In this document: positions 48,101-55,983 of the stretch, piece after piece
Layout of the letters: each line of letters begins with the position of its first letter
Numbering within the stretch: the first letter of the stretch is position 1
Source: an uncultured bacterium
Lineage (GTDB): Bacteria; Muiribacteriota; Ozemobacteria; Ozemobacterales; Ozemobacteraceae
Direction of reading: 5' to 3'
DNA: 64,000 nucleotides
Assembly (NCBI GenBank): GCA_964428355.1
Contig: CAYRYU010000004.1
Coordinates: forward strand, 3,261 to 67,260
The notes under the pieces: model-generated
Database searches by the model: none
What the model saw: only the letters and a program-made list of their open reading frames with translations
Told to the model about the DNA's origin: nothing
Translations under genes and position numbers: made by a program

Positions 48101-48821
48101 CGATGTTCTGGAATCCGGACGCGATCTGGAAGACCATGAAGTAAACCACCGTGTTTTTCCCGGGGGGTGTTTTGAGGACGTTCCATATCGCGATCGAATG
48201 GCGCTGCTGGAAGATCACGAAAAATGGCCGTCCCATCTGCCCGCGGCTGAAAAGGTCCGGAGTGCAGGCTTCGCCGAATGTGGTTTTCAGAATGCCCGAT
48301 TTCGCCTCAACCTGGCTGGGGCTTTGTTCGCAGTCCAGCAGGGTTTCCCGGAAAACTCCCGAGAAAACCGTCCGGAAGGTGGTTTCGAACCCCTTGAGTG
48401 TTACCAGGGATGCGGGTCCGTTGGCGCCCTCGGGAAAACGGAAAGCCCAGATCCGGAAGGGGGGGACTCCAGGGAGTCGGCATCGCGTGCGGGCATGGTG
48501 GAATGCCGATTCGATCCGTCCGGTCGAAAGAAGCTCCCGCCCGCCGAACGTTTCGAACTCTCCGAGAAACCGCTGACTCACTTCCCGGATCCAGAACTTC
48601 GGGTCGGTGATGACCTGGAACTGTTTCGAAACCTGGCGGACTTCATCGAGCCATTTCCGTTGGGAGTTCGCTTCTTCCAGGGCAAGAAGGCCCGTGTAGG
48701 AAGCCTTCGAAAAGCGGAAGCCCCTGAGTTCGGCCTGGAGTATCAGGAACGGGATCAGGCTTATGAAAAAGGGCAGGATGATTCCCGGACCATGGACCTT
48801 CCGCGATTTGTCACCATTCAT
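42195..48821 (-). CDS. Giant (2208-aa) membrane protein containing two complete HAMP plus class III nucleotidyl cyclase modules in tandem
   Basis: Single uninterrupted ORF. Module 1 comprises TM helices, a HAMP (LASPLVRMTAGLDRIASGDLEVRV...), a cyclase domain (VVLMVSDVRSFTTMSE, IDRFIGDAIQAVFYP) and a Pro/Gly-rich linker carrying the 60-bp repeat. Module 2 is a second TM/periplasmic block, a HAMP (FALSDAAREIMGGNFKTRLEEG...) and a second cyclase (VLFAGIADFKHL, DKFIGEKVLAVFHP, EYTVIGDTVNLASRLGD). Confidence 0.8.
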   Translation of the reverse strand: MNGDKSRKVHGPGIILPFFISLIPFLILQAELRGFRFSKASYTGLLALEEANSQRKWLDEVRQVSKQFQVITDPKFWIREVSQRFLGEFETFGGRELLSTGRIESAFHHARTRCRLPGVPPFRIWAFRFPEGANGPASLVTLKGFETTFRTVFSGVFRETLLDCEQSPSQVEAKSGILKTTFGEACTPDLFSRGQMGRPFFVIFQQRHSIAIWNVLKTPPGKNTVVYFMVFQIASGFQNIGLRAAIRNWGKYVPPSSPRMFPAFLPFPVTGRGGTGAGIFHPALQRPGMRRLLEKLRRRMTVSPRRPEFQVGEVSLFPREFGESIEMGGFRFFLTALDPIIGYVGVLVSRIPRPPCTILEGVANVYGCCILFCWLPTFAFLHLRGRIGGFRIRTSLYLWFIGLIAIPITLMATAGIRLSEDLSATSEFALRDELEQTLQRIDTGSMQENLRFLQACRNISLDPDLGPALDALDSLDGGSRERAIDRLLEEKVFQRWPRRKTTDGKPAGDKPSAVMILGGPQAIFFFPPDSIFKGETQWSMKLFHLVISLELVRMLGGNSGSVTDSPDAPPPSWTKITRFRNAMAMSYQGFYKRNRELLGDPNVLHLFQAGSRHSTRYFNQILSKGKVRNIIFLFWDQEPVFRDFLEKEIRRVNSGHPKIRFAAFKDEPQGLEPVAIQERDEASALAARKVRRGTLFSPDPQHFMVALRSTRMPGFILTAVTTFQPVESFIFFEKVKIASAILLLLVVTFIGGTALSRWLASPLVRMTAGLDRIASGDLEVRVRENRADQIGDASRTLDQMTDWLRERTVMSRFVAPQVLEVVGQGDFDKACQPRHREVVLMVSDVRSFTTMSEAHPPKEIFALINSHLQVMTRAIQKHGGAIDRFIGDAIQAVFYPGKGESMVRRALFAASDMMDAHRNLNDQRQAAGRFPYFIGIGIEIGEVVTGVLGDPLERLDFTVLGEPFKRANDLEAASKKGKARLIICSDKVRKLAGEDFPFIPLEDPSNPNCWELTSREGGVHGARQEGEASPGLTSREGGVHGARQEGEASSSAGTGGESPTRPCTGLPLPETKSAPIDVPEPVPAGESKPPSGTGARSVPPLDCQAGGPAPASPQVRGSPSGVSPSPEEAIEGPTPQVSPGAARQSGGQTHLHAIWQLLFLLVVPPALLIYALWANDQRDLERWRNQHLGELKETVKLAANSIDPKTQATLFLRKTLATAEAAGLDPSHGPQRIFEFLAGRGKDFQKLFPGISCSMFLHCPQLETGVGTLGNRLGTRLFPTIGRSIPFNRVEWRDFLAYYKTLLYGVVDPYLDGEFRRSWTSLLKIDDLRELGDTATDNLIPVSPFGKTRYLLVHPFFDPAFFRELRKGPDSNLIGKDLKGFTRATFRGGAAFLLDPETLTFDLAVRLLMKNLQSHDCKLAVVQTDVASGNRKVWTDDDRTFLRYPELKRWLETDSPVASQSVSNDWLITSEPVLRENSFLVVAARPVPTRDSPFKTLLTSASMLTLFWFLLGTWMMRKFVFRKEPLAISVFVQLAGMFLLLVVPAIAFAALVTERSFQEARLREEASRAQSLAHSLRALDEARDLYLGWANRVTTTLARRKGCVREFHELEKLNKKEMRTKGTPFLKRFYVASRNMGYPVYRILLTGPGRFFLSFNTRGDEPEGEVADPEEEEDQKNNSLVMSLMNEFSTPPLKQLNPEFTAGKGLAGETENLLLGAGIEEFRALLMAIIPPERGAEMLLAPKAMSDMVTFSGQECFLRTHLWYGKYPRYSFQTNLNKDAVDFQLFNALGKSSRSCGPFGPRYNIGFKRFPGVIYWPPMVYPTPRDENVVKFKSLTTPPPPEYVDLAILTGSSQNTWSKRVDRNGEEFLMTGVSGNALKTNLLIGEIPIGKILEQGDAVRDLKRVFLAFILLLSVILAWSIARRFLVPVFALSDAAREIMGGNFKTRLEEGTGGEFGRLAKAFNSMAAGVEEGRLLSRFVSESVRVAASDRERGDSAQKGENIEVTVLFAGIADFKHLMATIPPGTLVHTLNRFLETMARTIRGRKGDIDKFIGEKVLAVFHPSRLGGPREAAGAALQAAVEMRRRMAEIPELGGNPLGIGIVSGPVLAGIMGTDEVRLEYTVIGDTVNLASRLGDISLRVSKDGTVLPDYHGSVGGVVVAEGTFRLVGESSRADLVKGLRRLKLPPIKGKTRSVEAYLFNPADETTV
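45676..45795. repeat. 60-bp tandem direct repeat (2 copies) inside the giant cyclase gene, homolog of the 19.6-kb repeat on the opposite strand
   Basis: gaagcctcgccctcctggcgagctccgtgcacgccgccctccctggacgtcag... at 45676-45735 and 45736-45795. It encodes PGLTSREGGVHGARQEGEAS twice in the gene's frame. The reverse complement aligns gaplessly to the 19621-19752 unit at about 44 of 60 positions with the same 60-nt period. Confidence 0.85.
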
Positions 48822-48911
48822 CTGCCGTGGTTGGATCCTCTTCTTGGCTTGACACCACGGACCACATTATAATAAATATCCCGCACCCAGTAAACCGAAA
48901 GGACCCCCCCC

Positions 48912-50666
48912 TTGAAGAACAGACCACTTCCCCCGCCTGCAGAGAGGCTCATCCTTGGGCTCGGGGTTTTCGCCCACGACACCTCCGCCGCATTCATGCG
49001 GAATGGAAAGGTGCTCTTCGCGGCTGAGCAGGAGCGGTTCGACCGGGTCAAGCACAGTCGCGCCCTCCCCATGGATGCGGTCGCGTCAGGTTTGCAGTTC
49101 ATCGGGGCCGGACCGGAGGATATCGACGAGATCGTGATCAACTATCATCCCGTCCGGCTCGTGGCATGGTATTTGAGGCACGTCTGGAACTACCTCCCCG
49201 CAACGCTACGGATGCTGTTCGAGCCTCTCCGTCTGAAGAACGTCTGGCGGAACCGCGCGTATCCGGCCGCGCTGCGGGAAAGGTTCGGAACGGATTTCCG
49301 GTGGGCGGAGTGGAGCGGGGTCGATCATCACCTTTCCCATGCCGCGTCGGCCTTCTTCCGGTCAGGGTTCGAACGGTCCGCGATCCTCACCAGCGATGCG
49401 CTTGGGGAGTTCGATTCGGTCCTCTGGGCGAAGGGCGAGGGAACACGGATAGGGATCCTGGGCAGGCAGAGATATCCCCACTCGATCGGGGCGATCTATT
49501 CCGCGGTCACGGATCACCTGGGTTTCCGAATCTACTCCGGAGAGGGAACCGTGATGGGCCTTTCGGGTTTCGGAAAGCCCCACCCTGAATCGGATCTTTC
49601 CGAGACGGTCACTTTCCTGTCCGATGGAAGGTTCTCGATCGATGAGCGGTTCTACAGATACCACGTCCTTCCCTGGACCCACGAGGACTGGGTTGGGAAG
49701 GCCTTCCTCAGGCGGTATGGTCCCAAGCGTGCGAAAGGGGAACCCCTTCGGGACGGGCATGCCAACCTCGCCTGGAGCCTCCAGGACCTTACGGAGGGAC
49801 TGACGATCCATCACTGCCGACGCCTGGAAGCCGCCACGGACGAAACGCGCCTTTGCTATGCCGGTGGGGTTGCCCTGAACGGCTACACGAATTCGAAGAT
49901 CCTTTCGGACACAAGGTTCAAGGAGCTTTTCATCCAGCCCGCCGCGAACGACGGGGGAACAGCGATCGGGGCCGCGCTCTACCGTTCCCACCACGTTCAC
50001 GGAATTCCGCGCTCGGACCTGGGGTCTCCGACAGACGTCTTCCTGGGGCCTTCTTTTTCCCCAGGAAGGTGCGAGGAGGCCCTTCGGAAATCCGGTTTGG
50101 AATTCACCCGCCCGGCGGATCCCCTCAAGGAGGTCGCGGACCTCCTGGCCAAAGACCGCGTGGTGGGTTGGTTCCAGGGAAGGATGGAGATGGGGCCCAG
50201 GGCCTTGGGGCATCGAAGCATCCTTGCGAATCCCTGTTCCCCGAGGATGAAAGACCATCTGAACCTGGAGGTCAAGCACCGGGAACCGTTCCGGCCGTAT
50301 GCCCCGGTGGTCCCCGAAGAGCTTGCCGAAAGGTTTTTCGAGATGCCCTGCCGGGTCTCGCCCTACATGCTCCTGATCATGAAGGTCCGGCCTGAATGGC
50401 GCGACCGGCTTCCCGCGATTACCCACGTGGACGGCACCGCCAGGGTCCAGACCGTGACCGAGCCGCAGGATCCCCTCTACTACAGGCTTCTTGTCGAGTT
50501 CGGAAAGCGCACCGGGGTTCCAGTCCTGCTTAACACATCCTTCAATGGCCCCGGAGAACCCATCGTCTGCAGTCCGGAGGACGCGGTCGGGTCATTCCTC
50601 AAATGGGATCTCGACGAGCTCTTCATCGAGGGTTTCCTGGCAAAGAAAAACCGGCGCGCCTACTGA
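48912..50666 (+). CDS. Carbamoyltransferase (NodU / CmcH family)
   Basis: 584 aa; ASKHA-fold N-terminal domain with the HxH / VDHHLSHAASAF metal-binding motif; NodU/CmcH-type C-terminal carbamoyl-transfer domain. Confidence 0.85.
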   Translation: MKNRPLPPPAERLILGLGVFAHDTSAAFMRNGKVLFAAEQERFDRVKHSRALPMDAVASGLQFIGAGPEDIDEIVINYHPVRLVAWYLRHVWNYLPATLRMLFEPLRLKNVWRNRAYPAALRERFGTDFRWAEWSGVDHHLSHAASAFFRSGFERSAILTSDALGEFDSVLWAKGEGTRIGILGRQRYPHSIGAIYSAVTDHLGFRIYSGEGTVMGLSGFGKPHPESDLSETVTFLSDGRFSIDERFYRYHVLPWTHEDWVGKAFLRRYGPKRAKGEPLRDGHANLAWSLQDLTEGLTIHHCRRLEAATDETRLCYAGGVALNGYTNSKILSDTRFKELFIQPAANDGGTAIGAALYRSHHVHGIPRSDLGSPTDVFLGPSFSPGRCEEALRKSGLEFTRPADPLKEVADLLAKDRVVGWFQGRMEMGPRALGHRSILANPCSPRMKDHLNLEVKHREPFRPYAPVVPEELAERFFEMPCRVSPYMLLIMKVRPEWRDRLPAITHVDGTARVQTVTEPQDPLYYRLLVEFGKRTGVPVLLNTSFNGPGEPIVCSPEDAVGSFLKWDLDELFIEGFLAKKNRRAY

Positions 50667-50725
50667 GCGTGCCGGCGGGTTTTTCCGGGTTCCGGAGGGC
50701 TCGCCTGGGCGGCCTCTGAAGGTGA

Positions 50726-51514
50726 TCAGCGCCGAGGCTGCGGGATTCCCCCATTGTGGAGTGAGTCGAAAGAGGTTTTGGCCTTTAGGAGGTCGATAAC
50801 CGACTTTTCCTCTTCCTCGACCGCCCAGTCGAGAGGGGTTTTGCCTTCCTTGTCCTTCGCGTTGGGATCAGCGCCCTTGGAAAGGAGAAACTCGACGGCT
50901 TCCTTTTCGCCGGCCGCGGCGGCGGCGTGCAGGGGAGTGATTCCGTCCTTGTCCGCGACTTTCACGTCCGCGCCCTTTTCGACCAGGATCTTGTAGATTT
51001 CGACCCGGCCGACGAGGTCTTCTTCGCCGTCCCCTGCAGCGTAATGGAGGCAGGTCATCCCGATGTTGTCGGTGGCCTTTACGTCAGCTCCCTTGGCGAC
51101 CAGGAGTTCAATGACGTCGGTGTTGGCATCGGCGGCGGCCGTGAAGAGGGCGGAAACGCCGTCGTTGTCCTTCAGGTTGACGTCGGCCTTCCCGTCGATC
51201 AGCAGAAGGGCGGTTTCGGTGCAGTTGCCCTCCGCGGCGATCATGAGGGGGGTGGTTCCATCGGCGTCCTTGGCGTTGACATCGGCATTTTTGCCCAGGA
51301 GCAGCTTCACGATCGCGACCTGGTCTTCGGAAACGGCAATATGGAGCGGTGTCTCGGCTTTGGGGGTCTTGGCGTTCACTGCGGCCGGGGTTTTGGCGAG
51401 AAGCGCTTCGATCTTCTTGAAGTCACCCGCCTTGACCGCGGTATGGATTGCCGCGGCGAAAGCGGAGCCCGAAAGCATGAAACCGACGAGAACCAGGGCG
51501 ACGAGTTTCTTCAT
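50726..51514 (-). CDS. Secreted ankyrin-repeat protein
   Basis: ATG at 51514 with GGAGG upstream; signal peptide MKKLVALVLVGFMLSGSAFAAA; 6-7 ANK repeats (TPLHIAV..., TPLMIAA..., TCLHYAA..., TPLHAAAAAG...). Confidence 0.75.
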   Translation of the reverse strand: MKKLVALVLVGFMLSGSAFAAAIHTAVKAGDFKKIEALLAKTPAAVNAKTPKAETPLHIAVSEDQVAIVKLLLGKNADVNAKDADGTTPLMIAAEGNCTETALLLIDGKADVNLKDNDGVSALFTAAADANTDVIELLVAKGADVKATDNIGMTCLHYAAGDGEEDLVGRVEIYKILVEKGADVKVADKDGITPLHAAAAAGEKEAVEFLLSKGADPNAKDKEGKTPLDWAVEEEEKSVIDLLKAKTSFDSLHNGGIPQPRR

Positions 51515-51682
51515 TTGTCCAGGAACCTCCATCGTCGAATTGGGGGAATTCACCCCGCTGACATGACAAGCATAACGGAAACGACCCTTCAGGTCAATGG
51601 CGGTCGGACCGGGATGGAAATTTTGCGTGGGATCGGGAAATCGCATATAATGGAGTCATAGAATGATACCGGGGGGGAACAG

Positions 51683-52789
51683 ATGAAGAGACGGTTCGTT
51701 CTCGTCACCGTGATGATCATCCTCGCAGCTTCCGTTGCCGGGGCGGGGGAGTTCGGACAATGGCTGAAAAGATCGCAAGGCGAGCACTATCAGCAGCCGG
51801 GGCTCCAATACGAAGATCCGAAGGGTGATTCCTTCCTGATCCGACGCCTCGACCAGATTCCCAAGAAGCTGATCCAGACCCTGATCAAGGGTTCCTACCC
51901 CCAGGCCGAGATCGAAAAGGAACGGGAGCTTGGTTTCGCGGAAAGGGCGGACGAGGTTTCCCGAATGACCACCGTTCCCTTCGAGACCGGAAAAACTCAT
52001 CCCCTCAACGTTACCAGGCTGATCGACAAGATCCACGAGATCATTCTCGAACACCCTGAAATCCAGCCCGTCATGGGGGAGGAACACCGGTGGTCCCCTC
52101 CCGCCCAGCGTTACCTTTTCTTCGGTTTCTGGCACCGTTTGGGCCGGTTGATCCTCGGAAAACAGAAGGAGTTTCCATCTCCGCTCTTTTTGAGGTCAAA
52201 GCTGTTCCTCCTGCTGGCCTGCGGCTGGACCTGCAGATACGCGGTCACGGGCAATGAGAAGGCTCTCGAGGAGAGGATCCTGTCCTATCCGGACGGGGCT
52301 GCGCAGATCCACGACGTTTTCAGGGAAAGCTACCTGCTCAACCGCGGAAACATGTATCTGACTTTGCTGACCTGCGAAAACGTCCTCGCCTCCGATCCCT
52401 ACCGGGTCGATCGCGGGAAGGACGAACTGCATAAAAAGCTCGCCTACATCAGGAACGATTCTTCCCCTGACGGTGACAACTACGGGGCCTGGTACCATTT
52501 CTTCGGAATCGGGTTGTACGGGTTCGTCAGGGCTCCTATCGTGGCAAGGGCCGTGGCCGAGATCGAAAGCTTCGGCTCGGTTTTCCTCGAGGGGAAGGAT
52601 CGTCAGGAGGCCTACATCAACCGCCTCGGAGCCATCTTCGGCCGGAAACTCAACCGCCTCGTGGAGAAGAGGATCTATCTCCAACCACTTCCGAAAGGAA
52701 CCCGCACGGACTACATGCTGAACGGAAGCCTGTCTTCCCCGCCCCCGAACCAGGGATCCCGGGGACCCGATCCGGAGATGCCGCGATGA
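51683..52789 (+). CDS. Hypothetical secreted protein
   Basis: 368 aa; signal peptide MKRRFVLVTVMIILAASVAGAG; no recognisable motif; the stop overlaps the start of the TPR gene. Confidence 0.55.
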   Translation: MKRRFVLVTVMIILAASVAGAGEFGQWLKRSQGEHYQQPGLQYEDPKGDSFLIRRLDQIPKKLIQTLIKGSYPQAEIEKERELGFAERADEVSRMTTVPFETGKTHPLNVTRLIDKIHEIILEHPEIQPVMGEEHRWSPPAQRYLFFGFWHRLGRLILGKQKEFPSPLFLRSKLFLLLACGWTCRYAVTGNEKALEERILSYPDGAAQIHDVFRESYLLNRGNMYLTLLTCENVLASDPYRVDRGKDELHKKLAYIRNDSSPDGDNYGAWYHFFGIGLYGFVRAPIVARAVAEIESFGSVFLEGKDRQEAYINRLGAIFGRKLNRLVEKRIYLQPLPKGTRTDYMLNGSLSSPPPNQGSRGPDPEMPR

Positions 52790-54324
52790 GCTCATCACTG
52801 TTTTCCTTCATGAAAGGCGTTATCAAAAGCGGGGGCGAAGTCCTGGGCGCCCTGAAAGACCGTGCCGGCCTCGAACTCGAGATCAGGAAGGTGAACGGTC
52901 TTATCCGGGAACTGGACCTCAAAAGGGAGGCCCTGGAAAAGGAGATCCTTGGAAAGGCCCGGGAAAAAGCCAAATCAGGGACTCTGGCAGACAAAGACCT
53001 CGCCGACCTCTGCCGCCAGATCGATCAGGCAGAGAAGGATACCCTCCAGCATCAGGAGCAGATCAAAGCGCTGAGAGCCGAGCACGAGAAAAGGAAGGCC
53101 GAGGAAAAAGCCCAGAAGGACGCCCTCCTCGATGGTGCAGAAAGCGGTGAAAGAACGTCCGATTCGGAGATCGCAGCCCCCCAACCCGCCGCCCCCCCGC
53201 CCGCGGAATCCGACCTGGGAATCGATACCGGCCTGTTGGAAGGCATTTCCGGCGCACCTTCCGCCTCGAAGCCCGACCTGAAGAGGACCGTCCACGAAAA
53301 CCCCATGGACCCGAGAACCTGGCAGGAGATGGGCGAGTCGCTGCTTGCCTCGGGCAACGCCGGTGACGCATTCGAAGCTTTCCGGAAAGCCTATTCCCTC
53401 GATCCCAACATTGCCGGGGTCGGCGAAACCCTGTCCCGTATGCTTTGCGAAGAAGGGGACAAGATGCTGTCCTTCGAGAAGCTTTCCGAGGCGAGCGCTT
53501 TCTTCCGGAAATCTCTTGCCTACGATCCTGCGAACGAACGTGCTCTTCAGGCTCTGGAATCGATGTTGCCGGGGACGGTTTCCCCCGAACGCGAGGGCAA
53601 GGCCAGGGCGATCTTCGATCAGGCGCAGAAACTGGTCCAGGAGAATTCCCTTGAAAAAGCCGTTTCCCTTTATGCCTCTGCGGCCGCTGAAAATCCGCGG
53701 TTCACCCAGGCGTTGAACCTGCGCGGAATCGTGCTGGGAAGACTCGGCAAACCCGCCGAGGCAGTCGAAGCACATCGGTTGGCCCTCGAAACCGACCCCC
53801 AATACGTGCATGCCTGGCGATATCTCGGTCTCCGCCTCTGGGAAACGGGGAAGATCCGGCAATCCGCGGCCGCGATGAAGAGGGCGACCGACCTCGCTCC
53901 GAACGATGCGCATACCTGGTACTGTCTTGGAATCGCCTACCGTGACCTGAACATGATCGCGGATGCGGAACCCGCTTTCCTGAAGGCTCTCGAGCTCGAC
54001 CCCGCCAAGATCGACGCCTGGTATGACCTCGGAACCCTCCGCCTCAAAGCCAACCGGGCCCGGGAAGCAAACGAAGCTTTCTCCCGGGGGTTGAAGGTGA
54101 AACAGGACTCCGCCGACTGCTGGGACGGACTTGCCCATGCAACCCACCAGCTTGGCCGGAAGGACCTCGCGCTCCAGGCGGCCCTGAAGGCGACCGCCAT
54201 CGACCCGGGAAGGGCCGAGTCGTGGGAGTTTTTGGGGGCACTCTACGAAGAGACCGGGGAAAAGGAAAAATCCCGGGAAGCCCTTTCGAAGGCCTTCGCC
54301 CTCCGAAAAAACACCCAGAAATGA
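52786..54324 (+). CDS. TPR-repeat protein with N-terminal coiled coil
   Basis: 512 aa. The N-terminal ~120 aa are charged coiled coil (KREALEKEILGKAREKAKS...). The C-terminal ~330 aa contain multiple TPR units (AWRYLGLRLWETGKIRQSAAAMKRATDLAPN, TWYCLGIAY..., AWYDLGTL...). Confidence 0.7.
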   Translation: MSSSLFSFMKGVIKSGGEVLGALKDRAGLELEIRKVNGLIRELDLKREALEKEILGKAREKAKSGTLADKDLADLCRQIDQAEKDTLQHQEQIKALRAEHEKRKAEEKAQKDALLDGAESGERTSDSEIAAPQPAAPPPAESDLGIDTGLLEGISGAPSASKPDLKRTVHENPMDPRTWQEMGESLLASGNAGDAFEAFRKAYSLDPNIAGVGETLSRMLCEEGDKMLSFEKLSEASAFFRKSLAYDPANERALQALESMLPGTVSPEREGKARAIFDQAQKLVQENSLEKAVSLYASAAAENPRFTQALNLRGIVLGRLGKPAEAVEAHRLALETDPQYVHAWRYLGLRLWETGKIRQSAAAMKRATDLAPNDAHTWYCLGIAYRDLNMIADAEPAFLKALELDPAKIDAWYDLGTLRLKANRAREANEAFSRGLKVKQDSADCWDGLAHATHQLGRKDLALQAALKATAIDPGRAESWEFLGALYEETGEKEKSREALSKAFALRKNTQK

Positions 54325-54355
54325 ATGCCGGTTCTCCCCGGGGCCTGGCCCCCCT

Positions 54356-54709
54356 TCAATCGGAGCCGTACATCGCCCTGTAGAAAGACATTATCTTGGG
54401 GATGGCTTCGGCGAAATAGGCTGCCATGAAAACCAGCACCACGTAAAGGACGGCGAAAAACTCGATCGACCTTTTCGATACCGGAATCCGGGAAAGCTGT
54501 ACCCAGAGCTCTCCTTCAAGCGCCCTTCCGACAAACCCGAGGACGTTGTCCCGCTCCTTCCGGTTCAGGACGAACCATGAAGCGAAGATGCAGACCCAGC
54601 TGAAAAGCGTGAACTTGAAAAGGACCCAGCTGAAAAGGGACCCTGGAAGGATCACCGCCTGTCCCGCGATCAGGAAGGCGGTGAACCAGAGGTAACCCCT
54701 TTTCAGCAT
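54356..54709 (-). CDS. Small hypothetical membrane protein (3 predicted TM helices)
   Basis: 117 aa and hydrophobic (WFTAFLIAGQAVILPGSLFSWVLF, FAVLYVVLVFMAAYF). Convergent with the TPR gene, with a GC hairpin (ggggcctggcccc) in the 30-nt gap. Confidence 0.4.
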   Translation of the reverse strand: MLKRGYLWFTAFLIAGQAVILPGSLFSWVLFKFTLFSWVCIFASWFVLNRKERDNVLGFVGRALEGELWVQLSRIPVSKRSIEFFAVLYVVLVFMAAYFAEAIPKIMSFYRAMYGSD

Positions 54710-54725
54710 GGGCGGTGGAAGAACC

Positions 54726-55970
54726 TCAACCGAGGGTGACTGTTTCCCGCCGTTTCCATTCCCGGGGCATTTCCTTGAACGTGATCAGGTTCCGTACAGG
54801 GCAGACGAAGCTGCAAACCATGCAACTTAGGCACTTGTCCTCATCCAGCTTCGGCCTGCGGTGCTCCCCGTCCCAGTCGAGGGCCGAACCGCCGGCGTCG
54901 CGGCAGACAGTGAAACACTGTCCGCATCCGACGCAGCGGTCGAGGTCGTATGAGGCGATTCCCTGGCGCTTGATGTCGAACTCGCCGGTTTCGTGCACGT
55001 TCCCCGTGGCTTTTCCCACCAGATCCGCGACTTTCTTGATCTTCCGTGAAGCCATGAAGTCGGAGAGCCCTTCGATCATGTCCGTCACGATTCCGTAGCC
55101 GTAGTGGATGATTCCCGTCGTGACCTGAACCGTGGATGCGCCGAGCAGGATATACTCCAGCGCGTCGATCCAGGTCTCCACACCGCCCATTCCCGAAAGG
55201 GGAAGCCCGAGTGCCTTGTTCTTCGCCATCTGGGCGATGAAACGGAGGCCGATGGGCTTTACCGCCGGCCCCGAGAAACCGCTGATGGCGCCTTTTCCGA
55301 AGACGTTTGGGCGGGGGGTGAAGTCGTCGAGGTTGACTTCCGACAGGCCCGCAACAGTGTTGATGGCCGAGATGGCGTTGGCCCCGCCCCGTTTTGCCGC
55401 CATCGCAGGTTCGTTCATGTCCGCGATGTTGGGCGTGAGCTTCGCGACCAGGGGAAGGGAAGTGACCTTCCGGACGGTTTCGGTGAACTTCTGGACCAGA
55501 TCGTGAACCTGTCCGACCTTCGCTCCTGAGCCTTCGACCGTCATGTGGGGGCAGGAAAAGTTCAGCTCGATCATGTCGGATCCCGCGTCGGTCACCGCTT
55601 TCGCGAGGTCGGCCCACTCCTGGTTGGAGAAGCCCATGATGCTGGCCATCACGACATTCTTCGGATACCGCTTCTTGAGATAGCCGATATCCCTGAGATT
55701 CGGGGCGAGTCCCCGGTCGGTGGTCTGTTCCACGTTCTGGAGGCCCACCAGCTGTTTGCTTCCGTAATCGTATCCGTGCATGCGTGGAGACGGATGGACG
55801 ATCGGGATCCGGTCGGTCACCAGGGTCTTGTAGGCAACCCCGCCCCACCCGGCTTCGAACGCTCGGCCGACCATCTCGGCGCTGTTTGAAACGGGGGAGG
55901 AGGAGAGCATGAAGGGGTTCGGAAACTTCACTCCGCAAAATTCGATTCCAAGATCGGTCTTCTTCATCAT
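54726..55970 (-). CDS. preA: NAD-dependent dihydropyrimidine dehydrogenase subunit PreA (DHODH-like TIM barrel plus 2x[4Fe-4S] ferredoxin)
   Basis: 414 aa; DHOD/DHPD family core (NFSCPH, LVAKLTPN); C-terminal CVGCGQCFTVC and CLSCMVCSFVCP. Confidence 0.85.
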   Translation of the reverse strand: MMKKTDLGIEFCGVKFPNPFMLSSSPVSNSAEMVGRAFEAGWGGVAYKTLVTDRIPIVHPSPRMHGYDYGSKQLVGLQNVEQTTDRGLAPNLRDIGYLKKRYPKNVVMASIMGFSNQEWADLAKAVTDAGSDMIELNFSCPHMTVEGSGAKVGQVHDLVQKFTETVRKVTSLPLVAKLTPNIADMNEPAMAAKRGGANAISAINTVAGLSEVNLDDFTPRPNVFGKGAISGFSGPAVKPIGLRFIAQMAKNKALGLPLSGMGGVETWIDALEYILLGASTVQVTTGIIHYGYGIVTDMIEGLSDFMASRKIKKVADLVGKATGNVHETGEFDIKRQGIASYDLDRCVGCGQCFTVCRDAGGSALDWDGEHRRPKLDEDKCLSCMVCSFVCPVRNLITFKEMPREWKRRETVTLG

Positions 55971-55983
55971 TCTTTCGCTCCCT

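Noticed and set aside
54841-55938. 365-aa minus-strand ORF inside preA in another frame
   Set aside because: The PreA frame has DHOD and ferredoxin motifs; this one is Arg/Gly/Pro-rich.
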